DNA of 64,000 bases, taken from positions 49,269,847 through 49,333,846 of the forward strand of contig CP154954.1 in assembly GCA_039621445.1 (NCBI GenBank), in the 5' to 3' direction. Numbering within the stretch: the stretch's first letter is position 1; each line of letters begins with the position of its first letter. Both the position numbers and the translations under genes were made by a program. The notes beneath the pieces were generated by a model. That model was not told the DNA's origin. It was given only the letters and a program-made list of their open reading frames with translations, and searched no databases. This DNA is from Euglena gracilis. Lineage: Eukaryota. Below, piece by piece: positions 37,201 to 50,126 of the stretch.

Positions 37201-40035
37201 GAGATTCATTCAACTCAGAGGGGTCGAACCGTTTAACACCAGTTCAACCCCTCCCCCCCCCCCGGTGATTTTTGAGACTGGTGGGTAGGTTCAGCCGCTG
37301 GACCCCCCCCCCCACCTGTGAGTCAAGGGGAAAATTCAGGGCTGATTTTGGGTTGGTTTTGATGGGTTGGTGTTGGTGTTGGTCGACCCCCGGGGGAGGG
37401 GGTTCGTGTTTGACTGGGTTCTCAAACAAAATGGGTGGGTAAACCTGGGGAAAGGTGCCAGCCCCGGGGGCTCACCAAGAGTAAGTGAATCTGGGAGATC
37501 CACCCCTGTCGCCTTTTTTTTTGCCTGCCGGCCACCCCCTTTTCACCACCCACCGCCCATATCAAAGTATATTTTTTTCTTTGTTGTGCTTCCTGGTTGC
37601 CTGTGGCTGATTCCCAATGTTGGCTGCCGACAATTTCCAGGGCCACAGGCTCAAATAGTCTGGGGATCCTGACACCTTATCAGGCTCAAACCCAACACAA
37701 CCTGGGTTTGGCAATTTTCGGGGGGGGGGGATGTATTCGGCGAGGTGTCAATTGAGCTTTTTGGTTCTGCAAAAAAATGCTTGGCACACCTTTCTTTACC
37801 CCCCCCCGTCAGAAGGCGATTTTCTTGTGGTTTGGCCAGTCCGCAGAGTGTTTATTTAGGGCCGGAAAACCCTCCTGTGCTCATTTTTCATCATTCGTAT
37901 TCATACGCATAAATTCATTCACTTCTTTTTTTCATTTGAAACAAACGCTGGGGCTTTTCGGCGTCCTCGGGGCTCGGCTGGGTCGCCGGCAAGCACCTCT
38001 GATGATGCTGGGCGATGCTGGGCGATGCAGGGCGATGCTGGGCGATGCTGGGCGATGCTGGATTTTTGGAGACCAGAGGTGGGGTTCCGATGCTGGGCGA
38101 TGCTGGGCGATGCAGGGCGATGCTGGGCGATGCTGGGCGATGCTGGCATTTTTTTGTATATTTTGGAGAATTGAACCATTTTGGGGATAATTTTCCCACA
38201 AAGCTCCAGTTTTCCACCCATTTTGGCCATTATGGGTCAATTTTGGGCTAATTTGGGGGCTATTTGTCACTGATTTGGCCAATATTGGGCTCATTGGGGC
38301 CTTTTTGAGCAGATTTTATGGCATTTTGCTTCTTTTTGGTGATTTTGGGTCATTTTTCACAATCTTTTGTGGACATTGTTGGCATTTTTGGGCAATTTTT
38401 GGTTATTTTGGTTGCTTTTTGGGCTTTTTGTGGTCAATTTTGGGCTTTTTGTGGCCATTTTTTGGCTTTTGTGGTTATTTTGGCTTGGTCAGGAGCCAAC
38501 GGATGAATACTGGACAGATACTGGACAAGATGCAGATGCTGGACAAGATGAACTGGATGCAGGCAGTGGACAAGATGCAGATGTTGGACAAGAAGCCGAT
38601 GCTGGACAAGATGCAGATGTTGGACAAGATGCAAATACTGGACAAGATGCCGATTCTGGACAAGATGAACTGGCTGCAGACACTGGACAACATGCAGATG
38701 GTGGACAAGATGCAGTTGCTGGACAAGAAGTAGATGCTGGACAACGTGCAGATGCTGGACAAGATGCAGATACTGCACAGGATGCAGATGCCGGACAAGA
38801 AGCAGATGGTGGACAAGATGCAGATGCTGGACAAGGCAGTGGATGCAGGATGCAACGGATGCAGATACTGGACAAGATTGAGACGCAGCCGAAGCCACTC
38901 CCTGCAAAAGCCCGGCCTTGGAGCTCAATATATTGGACAACACAATCGACTGGTCGGATACGGCCACACTTTGCTGTGTCTTTCCTTTGCTGGTTTAACC
39001 TCTGCACCACATCCTGTGCCGGCAAAAGCAGCAGAAGTGGTCAAAAAGTGGTCAAAAAGCAGGCAAAAGTGGGGTAAAGTGGTCAGAAAGCAGCAAAAGT
39101 GGTAAAAAAAGGTGGGCAAAAGTGGGCAAAAGTGGTCAAAAAGCAGCAAAAGTGGGCAAAAAAGTGAAAGTGATCAAAAAGCAGCAACAATGGCCAAAAG
39201 TGGGCAAAAAGTAGCAGACATGGGCAAAAGTGGTCGAAAAGCAACAAAAGTTGTCAAAAGTGGTCCAAAAGCAGGCAAAAAGGGCCAAAAGTGGTCAAAA
39301 AGCAGCAAAAGTGATCAAAAAGCTGCAAACGTGGTTGGAAATGGGCAAAGGTGGGCAAAAAGCAGCAAAAGGTGGTCAAGAAGCAGTCAAAATTGGTCAA
39401 AAGGCAGCAAATGTGGGCAAAAGTGGTCAAAAAGCAGTCAAAAGTGGTCAAAGTGGGCAAAAAGCAGTCAAAAGTGGTCAAAGTGGTCAAAAAGCAACCA
39501 AAGGTGGCCAAAAGTAGCCAAAAGTGGGCTAGAGCGGCAAAAGTAGCAGGTATTATAGGTACACCTTCAAGGGCTCCAAAGGCGATGCTGGGCGATGCTG
39601 GGCGATGCTGAGCGATGCTGGGCGATGCTGGGCGATGCTGGGCCCAAGGGCATGGCTGACCAGAGGTGCTTGGTCGCCGGGGGCCGCCCTGCCGGCGGGA
39701 CCAGCGCCGTGGTGGAGCGGGTGCTGCAGAGCCAGATCAAGGAGAGCGTCGTGAAGGAGTGGCTGGGGCCAGGCCGGCGTCCCCTCTGACCTGGACCCTG
39801 GGATACTGTCATTATAGGGGCCTGCCACATACCTCTGTCAGGTCATCAAGCATCTAAGTGCCTGACAGGCGACAATTTCCTGGGGGGGATGCTCTCACAC
39901 TCATACACACACATGTCCAAACAAAAGGTTTCTTTTCTTAACGGCTGCCACTGCCCCTGCTCCCTGCTCCCCAGCTGCTATGAAGTCCAAATCTGCCGGC
40001 CCACTCCTCCAGCCGGTGGAGGACGAGTTACGAGG
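34226..40035 (+). CDS. Multi-exon hypothetical protein; 3' end uncertain
   Basis: Exons 34226-34284 + 34617-~34715 (MPFYVNILLDRTLEDLGKIR-SMVDVSRAATAAAKNVNLLLQ), ~35765-35860, ~37005-37143, ~37943-37986, 39678-39766, 39972-~40035. Introns 34285-34616 and 39767-39971 follow the CAG+4/CTG-8 rule and join in frame. Confidence 0.6.
37990..39672. mobile_element. Non-autonomous hAT-like element (CAAGCAC family) occupying a whole intron
   Basis: TIR CAAGCACCTCTG/CAGAGGTGCTTG; perfect TSD GTCGCCGG (37982-37989, 39673-39680); (GATGCTGGGC)n arrays at both ends; internal 18-bp minisatellite and degenerate GTGGTCAAAA repeats. Confidence 0.9.
38510..38878. repeat. 18-bp minisatellite (CTGGACAAGATGCAGATG)n inside the element
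   Basis: About 20 degenerate units visible; produces the LDKMQM / GQDADA pseudo-ORFs. Confidence 0.9.
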
Positions 40036-40803
40036 AGGCCGACACCGTTGTTGCACAGATCTTCGCCACACAAATGATAATATATTGCGGCCTCTTCCCA
40101 GTGACATCTGAAGTCCACCACGCGCAGGGGAATTAGCCAGTTTTGTGGGCGTTTTTATTTTCTCCACGGGAAATTTTGTGACCCTGAACTTCCAGAGACT
40201 GATGGCAACATCGGGCCCAAGTTTGCAACTCACCTCCGAAGAATGGGGCAGGCGGAAGGCAGATTGTTTTGGCGGGGACCTGAAGCGGCTTCTGACCGTC
40301 TTTGAAGCACAGCTTTTATCCATTTCTCCTGTATCATCACCTTTCCCCGTGTCCGCTTGTCGTTTCAATCGCACTTTCCCTCTCCCCGAGCTGCGAACCC
40401 CTGTAATTCTCAGACACGTCGTCGTCATTCGCTGCCAAATGTGTCGTACACCGTTCACCTTATGTCCAAAAAAAGCGCAAGTCATCTTTGCGCGTGGCAT
40501 ATTTCCGTCTCGTGTTTTTGGCGTTGTGGTCCGGGACTGTTATGTCTGGGTGCTATGAGTTTTTCTTTTGAAAAACCAGCACGTTCGTGGCCATGCAGCT
40601 GTGCCGGCGTTAACCAACTGGTCCCGGGCACACCCCCACTCAGCCATTTATCCGGGGCGAGCTCAACCAGAAATGTACCGTATCAACACGGCCACATGCT
40701 CACCCCAATGCCTGAAAAGTTCCTCCATCCCCCTCCCGCAGGCCTCCTCCCACCGGCGGGGTCTGCGGGACGCAGCGGCCGGACCTGCGGCGGCGGGCCG
40801 GGG

Positions 40804-43800
40804 ATGTGGGCCTGGTCGCCGCTCACGCCGCCGCCCTTCTCCCCCAGCGGGAGCGACACGCCCCCACACCCCCCGGAGTCCGCGTTCCACCGCCAGGTGA
40901 TGGACGAGCTGGACCAGGTGTGTGACCACTGCTGCGCAAGCATGTGCGTGGTGGGTTGTGTGCGTTGTGTGTGTGGTGTGCGGGCGTATCCCGTGTTCCT
41001 TTTGTAAGGTGGACAATTTGCCACCAAAATCAACAAGTAACTTGTGGCAGCCCTCCTGTGTTCTTTATCCAGCGGCCACCAGTTTTTCTGCAACCACAAA
41101 CAGGTCTCCAAAGAGGAGGTGAGTCTCTTGGGAGGCCACAGTTATCAGGACAGTATGTGTCACACAAATGTCATAACAAGTTGGGAGGAGAGTCTAAAGC
41201 TGAAACCCAAAATATAAGATACTGGTGACTTTCTTTGGGGGTTAATGCCACCTTGGGTACCACCGTGTGTTACCTGTTTGCCAAGATATCGTCCTGCAAG
41301 TATCATCTTGATGGAGGGCCTACCGCCCATTTCCTCTCAGGCCATCGCGAATGACATGGCACGCCGGGGCTACGGGATGGCCTCACAAGGACGCTTTGCA
41401 TACCTCGCACGGACTGCAGGTGAGGATCTGCAGCCCGCGTTGGTGTTTCAAGAAGACGGCAGCAACATTCTGCCACCCTTTCTTTCTGTTCAATGGAAAA
41501 TGGCCTGGAATTTCAAGTTTTTTTTTGCAGTGTTTCCCCAAAGTGTTTGTCCTCGCTTCATTTTTGGTTGCTCTTTTCTGGCTCCGAGCTCAGATTTTCT
41601 GGTGGAATGGTTGGCAGAAGGTCATCCACCACTTATCCTACGTTTTTTTTATTGAAAATATCAGTGTTTCTGTAGAGAGAGGTGGACTGCGGCACATTTA
41701 GTAAGAAAATATTTGATTGACTGAGGGTGTGGCCCTCCATCAGGCATTCTGGCAGAACATTGCCGTCAACTGCTCCAAGCGAACGGGGGATGAATGGAAT
41801 GTGTTTTGGTCCATTTATTTTTTTGTCAAATGCCCCGACCACCAAATCCAGTCGCCCAGCATAGCTTGGGCTTGGCCACTCACCTGTCCCATCTGCGTGT
41901 TGAAGCACGCAGATTCCTCCCCCGGTCTTTCTGCGGATCCCCACCAACGCGACATTTCGGCCCCCGCGTCCCCCGCCCCGGCCTCCCCCTCCCCTGCAGC
42001 CGAAGCCCCGACCCTGTCCTCTCTGCCGTCCACCGCCCGGTCGTCACTTCACCAGTCCCCACCCCGGGGGTTCTTTCTTCGCTGTGTTTGGGTCAGTGTG
42101 TCAGTCGGTGTGCACTGGTTTTTTTGAAAACCGGCGTGTGCATGCGCATGTTTGGGCGTGCATCAAGCGTGTTTGCACACTGTGTTACCTACCCCCCCCC
42201 CTGGGAAACTGTCATGCCCGAGAACCTGCCAGGGTGCTGCCCAGGAGACTGTCAGGGTCCCCGGTACCAGCCAACCTGTCAGGTGACAGTTTCCCGGGGG
42301 GGGGGGTAGGTATGCAGGTCCCCCCCAGACTCGTCCTGTGTTCCCCAGCACAGAAGTCAGAAGCACGTTTCCACCCAGAACGTCCATCACGCACCTGCGT
42401 TATGCTGACAAGCTGTTGCCGAACCGTTTTGGAAGCGAATTCCTTTTGCTGCTCAACTGTCCCAGGGCCCCCAAAATCCCCTGTGTCACTGAACCGTTTT
42501 GGAAGCGAATTCCTTTTGCTGCTCAACTGTCCCAGGGCCCCAAAATAACAAAATCCCCCGTGTTGCCGAACCGTTTTGGAAGCGAATTCCTATTGCTAAT
42601 TCCTATTGCTGCTCAACTGTCCCAGGGCCCCAAAATAACAAAATCCCCTGTGCTTGTATTTCCCATGGCAGCCAATCAGTCAAGGCACACAATGCAGCTC
42701 CCGTCGCAACAGAGGCCCCGTGGCCCACACCGGGGGCTGTCGGGGCTGGCGGTCTTCCCGGAGAAGGACCACGGCCGCCGCCCCATAGTGCGCACCGCCG
42801 GCAGGAGCTGCCTTTCCCTCCCGGTGGGAAGGGGTGTGAATGGTGAGGCAGGAATTTTTGAATGTACAAGGGAGTTGCAATGGGAACAGCAGTTCTGGTC
42901 TGCAATACTCAATCTCCAGTAAGGCAACGCGTTGATTCATTTTGAATTTTGAATTCGTCGGATCTATCCGGAGGCCTTCCCTGGCAGTCTCTTCATAGCA
43001 AGGCGCCGCCTCTCTCGGCGCACCGCCGGTGTATGTCTCTGAGCTGGAGTCGGCCCTCAACCCCCCACCCGGCCCCTCAAATGACACCCCCCAAGCCGTG
43101 GCTGCCCCACAAGAACCGCCTGGGCAGTCGCTTTGTTGAAGCATAACCGATGAATTATCTCCGATATGCCTGTTAATTTGTTGGGGGTTTTCGGGATTTC
43201 AAAGAATTATGAAGCAAATAATAACAACAATGCGATGATTTTCTTCTGAGAGAATGCAAAAGATAATTTGGCGAATGCATTATGGCATGGCACATAAAAT
43301 CTGTCTAGCGTAGTGTTATGGATTTTCAACGCCCTTTGTGGCTTTGTGGCTTTGTCTTTGTTTTGTTGGTTATATTCGGTCAGAAGAATCGAACCCGAAC
43401 ATCATATCATGCAATCCGCATACCCGCCCCCCCGGGCAATTGACGCCCCCGGGTAAATGACGCCCCCGGGCAATTGACGCCCCCGGGCAATTGTCACCCC
43501 TGGCTGTGCCGGCCAATTTGTCACCCCGGGAAATTGTCACCCCCCTCTGTGCTGCCCGATTTGTCACGCGACAATTGCCCGGGGGGGGGGGCGGGTATTT
43601 AAAATGTGAATAACTCCTGTAAATGGCATATGTCTGTGGATTGTGCAAAGGTTTAGAGCAGCCAACAAAAAAATGCACTTTTTACAATTTTTGCATCTGG
43701 CTGTGTCCACCGCCTCCAGACCGACCCTGCTGGCGGTAGCCCATGGGTATCAGCGCCCGGCACGCAGGACAGCGAGGCGGAGCGGAGGGTGCCGGTCGAG

Positions 43801-46800
43801 GCCCCAAGTGAGGCTTCGGACCTCCGGGTGGAGGACCTGACGGGGGACCCGGCCCCGGAGGACGCCCCCGCCGCAGCCAGCGACCCTCTGGCCACGGAGA
43901 GGGACTGGTCTCTGCCGTGTGCCCCCCCCACCCCCCCCACCACCGGCTGGTCGCTGCCGGCACCCGCCCCGGCGCCGCCCCCGGCCACGCAGTGCTCCCC
44001 CTCCCTCATCCCTCCCCCCGTGCCCGCCTTTCCCCTGCCCGCCACGGAACTCCGGGAACCGGACCCCCCCAGTCCCCTTCTCAGTCCCCTTCCCTTGGGG
44101 GTGTGCCATGCCCTGGACTTTCCTGAGGCGGATGCCACTCCTGACGGTTGTATTGCCGGGCGCCCTGGGGGACCGAGTTCCTGTCTCGGCAGCAGAGATT
44201 ATCCTTAAAGCTGGAAAGATGTCAAAAAAAAAACAGATCCGAAGGGAATTTTTAAGGGGTTTGAAGGTATATTCCCAAGGGCGGCCCCAGGGCGGGGTGG
44301 ATATCGAAAACGTAAAAAAGGGAAAAAGCTCACTCTTTTCAAGTGTTGGTTGATGGACAATGTTCAAAAGATGCCAAAAATCATTTTTCTTCCTGGGGTT
44401 GGCTTGTTTTTGTTTTGCTGGACTTTTGTCACTTCATCTTCATTGATCCGGAGAACATTCTTCCAGAATGTTCTTTTTAGAGGTTTTTGTAAGGCATTTT
44501 TAGTTTTGCAGGGTTTTTGAGGCATTTTAATGCACTTTAAGTCATTTTGGACAAAACGAAGGACATTTTTTAAAGGTCAAAATATGCCCGAAAGAAATAT
44601 CGCCTACTCAGCAGGCATTCAAGGAAACCCGACTTGGGCAGTCGGGATATGCCTTTTCGATTTTTTTATTATTATTATTTTGCAATCACGCTCTCAAACC
44701 TTTTATTATTCAACGTTCACCAACCGGCGCTCGGCAGATCACCAGACAACCGGGCCCCCCCCCCCCCCGACGAACTGTCACAGACTGGGGACTGGCGCCG
44801 CCCACCGCCCTGACCAGCCCGCCCGACCCGCCCGACCCGCCCGCCGGCCCTGCAGCCGAGGCCGCAGCCACCCCCCAGCCGGCGGCGCCCAGTGAGGAAC
44901 CCGAGCCACCCCCGCGGGCCCCGCTGCCGCCCGCCGCCGACGCACCGGTGGACGGTCCGCCACCGGAGGCGGCATCACTTCCCGCCCCGCCCCCGCCGGA
45001 GCCCCCCGCCGCCGTCCCGGTGGCCGCGGAGGCGGCCCCGCCCGCCGCCCCCGCCGCAGCCAACCCCGCCGCTCCCCCCAGCGTGCAGCGCAGCCCCAAG
45101 TGTGGATTTGGCGCCGCGCTGGCCACCCACTTCCCGGCGCGGCCCACCTCGTTTGGGGGGGTGGGGGTGGAGGCGGCTTGAGGGCCTTCCCCGAGAGTTT
45201 GGCCGGTCCGCCAGGCCAACCTGGCACAACAGGATGGGGCGTACAGCGAAGGTGGAGGGGGGCCGCCGCCCGCCGCTCTCCGACCAGCAGCTGCGGCGGG
45301 CGTTCTGCTTCTTCGACCCGGACCACGCCGGCGTGGTCAGCGAGCAGGACCTCCACGTCGTGCTGCAGGCCGCGGGCTGCCCCGTCCCCCGGCATTGGCT
45401 CGGCCCGTGGGGGAGGTTGGCTGGGCCGTGTGGCCCGGCCGTGCCAAAAGATCGCCGGTCCACCCGCGTCCTGATGGAGCTGTCATGGTTGGGCAAGGTT
45501 GGGGCCCCAGGCCATTCCCCTCCGGGCTCAGGGATTTTTTAGTCTTGGACTCGGGGGGGGGGGGTCTGGCCGAGACCCCCTCGGGGTCCCCGGGGGGATA
45601 TACATTTCGGCGCTGAAGGCGCTGAAATTTTCTGAAATTTTTAGCGTTTTTTGACCATTTTCGGGGAAAATCGAGTCCCCCCCCCCCGCGGTCTTAAAAA
45701 ACCCTTTCCGGGCTGCAACGCCGGCCAGCGCCGGCCAGCACCCCCGGCCCCGACCCCCGCCGCCAAGCTGTCGTTTCCCGCCTTCCGGCAGGCTGTCCTT
45801 CACCTGTGGGAGAAGGTGCCCAGGCTGGGGGGAACCCTCCCGCCTCCAACGAAAGGTGATGACGGAACAGGGGGGCGATCCCCCCCTGCTCCCAGGTGGG
45901 TGGCAGCTCTTTACGGTAAGCGCTCACCCCCAAGGATGCCGTGGAAACCTGTGAGAAGGGATATTGGGCTTTCGGGTGCTTTATAGCTTTGAAAGGTGTG
46001 AAAGCTGGAAAGCTGTACACAAAAGCAGTGAGCACCCCAGGCCTGCAGCTGCCCTACGGTGATCTGCCCGGGCGACTCATGGCATTTGTTGAAGGTGCAG
46101 CAGAACAGGTCCGTGCCTCGTCATTTGCTGACCGATTGCGAGTCGGATCCCAATTGCGTGCCTCTCCCACTCTTTGGCACGCTGTTTCCAGGATTGTTGG
46201 GCCGCCACAGAACCCAGCCACTCCACCTCTTTACCCTGACTCTCCTTGAGATCCTTGAGATCTTGCAGGAATGAGTCCAAATGGGCCAACCTTTCTTTGC
46301 TCCCATGCTTTTCTGGATGCCAATCGCAGGTTTTCCATGTTGCGGATGTACGCATTGTGCTTCTAGATGCGACTCTCGTTTATAGGATACCCTCAGTTTA
46401 AAATGGTGGCTTATTGCAATCCCTCTGGGGCAAACTTTTTTTGGTGAAGTGTGAGAAAAATATATTCACCCAAATCGCCCACCCACCCACCCACCCACCC
46501 ATCCACCCACCCACCCAGGAGGGAGGGAGTATGCCTGTCCAAACAGCACACAATGCCTGTCCAAAGAGCACAGGAGGGGTATTAGCAGGCCTATTTGTAT
46601 CCTCGCACCGGGTTCACGTCGGGCAGATGGCTGAGTTTGAGGTGAACTGCCTCGGACGGCGTGTATTCTTTCAATCCCTTCGGCTAGGAGTGCGACGCCC
46701 GCTATGCCGCCACGTCCAGCGAGCGCAACGACGTGCGGCGCCTCTTCGACCTTCTGGACCATCGTGGCGTGGGCGCCCTCTCCGGTGCGGTCATGGAGCG

Positions 46801-47860
46801 ACTGAGGCGGCCCCTCGCTTCCGAGTTCTAGTCCCTCAGGTCCCTCATTTTTTTGGAGTTCTTGTTCTTATTGCTCTCTTTTACGATCCGAATTTTTGGG
46901 TCCAGGTTTTGCACCCCCCCCACATGTCGGACGTCGGCTGGCCCAAGAAAGAAATTTGGTTGCCGGATTGTGACTGAAGGGTGACCTTGTGCCATCAGCA
47001 CAATGCCTGCCATCATCGCAAAGCTGCTGCATTTCGTGTGATGTGTGTGTGTGTGTGTGTGTGTCTGTGTGTGTGTGTGTGTGTGTGGGTGGGTGGGTGG
47101 GTGGGTGGGTGGGTGTGTTGGCGGACCTGTTCAGCAATGGCTCCTTCTCCTGTTGTTGGCAGTTTAGCCTGTTGGAAGCGGTGGGCCGCATCCGGCAACG
47201 CCCTGGGCGTCATTTTCCACTGGCGGCTATTTGTGGACCCAGAGCAAGATGCATTAGCCAGGGGGTTGGTTACCTTTTGGGGGGGGGGGTGATATGAAGG
47301 CAGCACGAGATGGGCTTGCCAACGTTTGAGGCAAAACGCCCATGCAGTGATGTTGCCCATGTGGTTCCTGACGGCAATGCTTTGCGGTGCTACGAGGGCC
47401 TTGTTGACCTGCCACGGGGAGCCAGGCGCTGGGGTGCCGGGCCCCTGACCCCAACCTTCGCGCAGTTCACGGCGATGCTGGAGCAGTACGGCCGGGCGTA
47501 CCCGCACTACGCCGTGGCGGAGAGTGCGGTGGCCCTCCTGGAGGTGGCGGAGACCCGCCTCATCCGCCGGGTGTGGGTGGCCCGCGTGCCCGCCGCAGAG
47601 CCCCCACTCTGCCAGCCCAGCCCACCCTTGAAGCCTCCTGGGCTCCTTTAACTTCCCCGAGCAGGAGCAGAGCCGCGCCAAAATTTGGCTGAAAAATGGC
47701 CGTGTAGCCCAAAGGGTTGGGGGAAAAGTAAAGCATGGTTGGATAGGGCATTCCAAGAGCTTCATTTTTACTCTCCAGACATTTTCTTTGATTTTGCTTC
47801 ATCGTCGAGATATTTTGGAAAAATCGATTTTTTTTGCTGCCGGCCAGCTCTGTCCCATAC

Positions 47861-47895
<35 letters not shown>

Positions 47896-49277
47896 CCGCG
47901 CGCGCGCGCGCGCACGCACAGACACACACACACAGTGTCTGCCTCCCCCCCCCCCCGACAGGTGGCCGTCACGGTGATGGGTGCGCGCGACATCCTCGAG
48001 AGCGATGTGTACGCAGAGGTGCTGGTGGACGGACGGCAAAAGTCCACGCTGACCAAGATCTGTACTAGCCGCCCCGAGTGGGATGAGCCCAGGCCGGACG
48101 ATTCAGCCACCTCCCCTCTGTGAAACATTTGCGGCACTGGCCTTGGTTTCCTGGTAATTCAGTTGCTGTTTCTTTAGCAGGGCGGGAACCAGGGATTTTT
48201 TTAAGTTTGGACCCCCGGGGGGAGGGAGGGGGGGGGGTAGGGTAGGTGGGTCCGCCGGACCCCCTCCCCCCCCCCCCCCGGGGGGGGGGGTCCCCCCCCG
48301 GAGGCCTGTGGGATATACTTTTCGGCGCCGCAGGCGCCGAAAAAATTCTATTTTTAGCACTTTTCGCGATTTTTCGGCCATTTTTTTGCGGGTCCCCCGG
48401 GACCCCCTCCCCCCCCCCCGGGGGGGGCGCCCCCACGGGGGAGGGGGGGTGGGGGGGGACCCCCCCCTCCCCCCCCCGGTCTTAAAAAAACCCCTGGCGG
48501 GAACACACACAGGTTTTTTTGCATGTTACAAAATTTGCGTTTTTCTCGTTTGTGTGTGTGTGTGTGTGTTTTCCCAGTGTTTTTTATTTTTGCTGGAGAA
48601 ATTTTTCGACAATGAAAAATTCTTGTTTTTGCCCCCAATCTTTCCCTGAGATGAAAAATTCTCTCAATTTTTTTTGTCATTTTTGAATTTTTTGGTCAAC
48701 AAATTGCATATGTTTGCCCGAAACCCAAGGGTCGGACCAACCTGTTTCCCACGGGGGAGGGGGTTGTGGCCCTTGACTACACAGCCAGGCAGCCTGGGTA
48801 TGGTGTGCGCTCCATCCGGGAGCATCCTCCTCATCCTCACTCTTTTGGGTCCTCGGTGGGTTTGACATCATTGGCGGTTCGCAACCTCCTTATTCGACCT
48901 GCCTGTTGCCAACGTTGGAGTTTGTCATACTCTCCAGTCAACCATCACCAAAGTCCGTAACGGTGGTGTTAAAGCACCGTGACAAGACAAGTGAGGTGTA
49001 CCCCACAGTGTCCAATGTGCATTCATACAGCATTCTGGATATGAGCCCGCAACCACGTCTGCAATCAACAAGGACACACACACACACACACAACACACAT
49101 ACACACACACACACATATGCCCGCACGCACACACACACATACACACGCACACGCACACACATACGCGCACATACACACACATACACACAAGCACACACGC
49201 ACACACACCCACACACCCACACACACGCACGCACACACACACACACAGACACACACATTCACACACACATACACATG

Positions 49278-49340
<63 letters not shown>

Positions 49341-49549
49341 CGGGTTAGCGCGCAACTGCACAATGACGACCCACACCGTCCACTGCGTTGCAGGACCGAA
49401 TCGTGGGGCAGGCCACAGTGGCCATCACCGCCCAGCGGGGCTCCCTCGTCAACGAGTACCGGCTCTGCCCGCCCCTCAGCAGCGCCTCCTCAGGCTTCGT
49501 GACCGTCGCCGTGCGGCTCTGCTTCCAGGACCCGGCGGTGCTCACCTGC
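40804..49549 (+). CDS. 5' part of a large multi-exon gene: Pro/Ala-rich region, EF-hand-like motifs, C2 domain
   Basis: Exons 40804-40917, 41341-~41460, further islands at 41720-43120, 43720-43986, 44783-45101, 45247-~45407 ([21 protein letters not shown]), ~45752-45815, 46688-46783 ([17 protein letters not shown]), 47457-47576, 47962-48086 ([24 protein letters not shown]...PEWDE), 48911-48995, 49394-49549 (DRIVGQATV). Joins from 43720 onward are in frame; linkage of the earlier exons is less sure. Confidence 0.7.
42188..42310. mobile_element. TA-flanked MITE
   Basis: Inverted ends CCTAC(n)TGGGAAACTGTCA / TGACAGTTTCCCG(n)TAGG; TA on both sides. Confidence 0.75.
42412..42650. repeat. ~70-80-bp tandem repeat, about 3 copies
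   Basis: Unit GAACCGTTTTGGAAGCGAATTCCTTTTGCTGCTCAACTGTCCCAGGGCCCC...AAAATCCCC recurs. Confidence 0.9.
43423..43595. mobile_element. TA-flanked MITE
   Basis: Inverted ends CCCGC(n)GGGCAATTG / CAATTGCCCG(n)CGGG; TA flanks; internal CAATTGACGCCCCCGGG repeats. Confidence 0.75.
45529..45706. mobile_element. hAT-like MITE nested in an intron
   Basis: TIR CAGGGATTTTTTA/TAAAAAACCCTT; perfect TSD TCCGGGCT (45521-45528, 45707-45714). Confidence 0.8.
48190..48496. mobile_element. hAT-like MITE nested in an intron
   Basis: TIR CAGGGATTTTTTTAAG/CTTAAAAAAACCCCTG; perfect TSD GCGGGAAC (48182-48189, 48497-48504). Confidence 0.88.
49074..49340. repeat. Degenerate (CA)n microsatellite
   Basis: Directly visible. 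Confidence 0.9.
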
Positions 49550-49913
49550 GTCGGGAAGCCGTACCACTAGGGCGGCCCCCCCCCCCCCCCCCCCGTCCTC
49601 GCCTGGCCCCGTAGGCGAGGGTCCGGACCAGCCGCCCCCAACGTTGGCCTCCCGTCAAACCCAGCTCTCCCCCTCCCCAGGCTTAATGGAAGTCTCCGAG
49701 ACGGGGGGGGGGGACCGAAGCCAGGCCGAAGCCAGGCCGAAGCCAGGCCGATGCCAGGCTAAAGCCAGGCCGAAGCCAGGCTAAAGCCAGGCCGAAGCCA
49801 GGCCTAAGCCGGGGGTCCGACTGATCGACTCCACTCCCCCTTGGCCTTCCCGTGCCACTCCCCCCCCCCCAACGGCCCGATGAGGCGCCGCCCTGCACCA
49901 CATCCCGCCTCAG

Positions 49914-50095
49914 GTGGGCACGCCGCGCCGCAGCCGCCGGGCGCTGGTGGTCGGCATCAACTACCTCACGTGCACCCTGGGCCGGCCAGGGGTTGTGGTT
50001 CTTGTGGTTCGTCTCCGCACACACCCACACATCCGCCTGCCCCCAAGCACGCGCGCCTGCACGCTGGCACACACACATACACGCACACACGCACG

Positions 50096-50126
<31 letters not shown>

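Noticed and set aside
38275-39611. ORFs with LDKMQM / GQDADA / KWSKS repeats
   Set aside because: They are translations of minisatellites inside a TIR element, open in several frames and on both strands.
42412-42650. Repeats that superficially resemble a CRISPR array
   Set aside because: Units are near-contiguous tandem copies without unique spacers; no cas genes; eukaryotic context.
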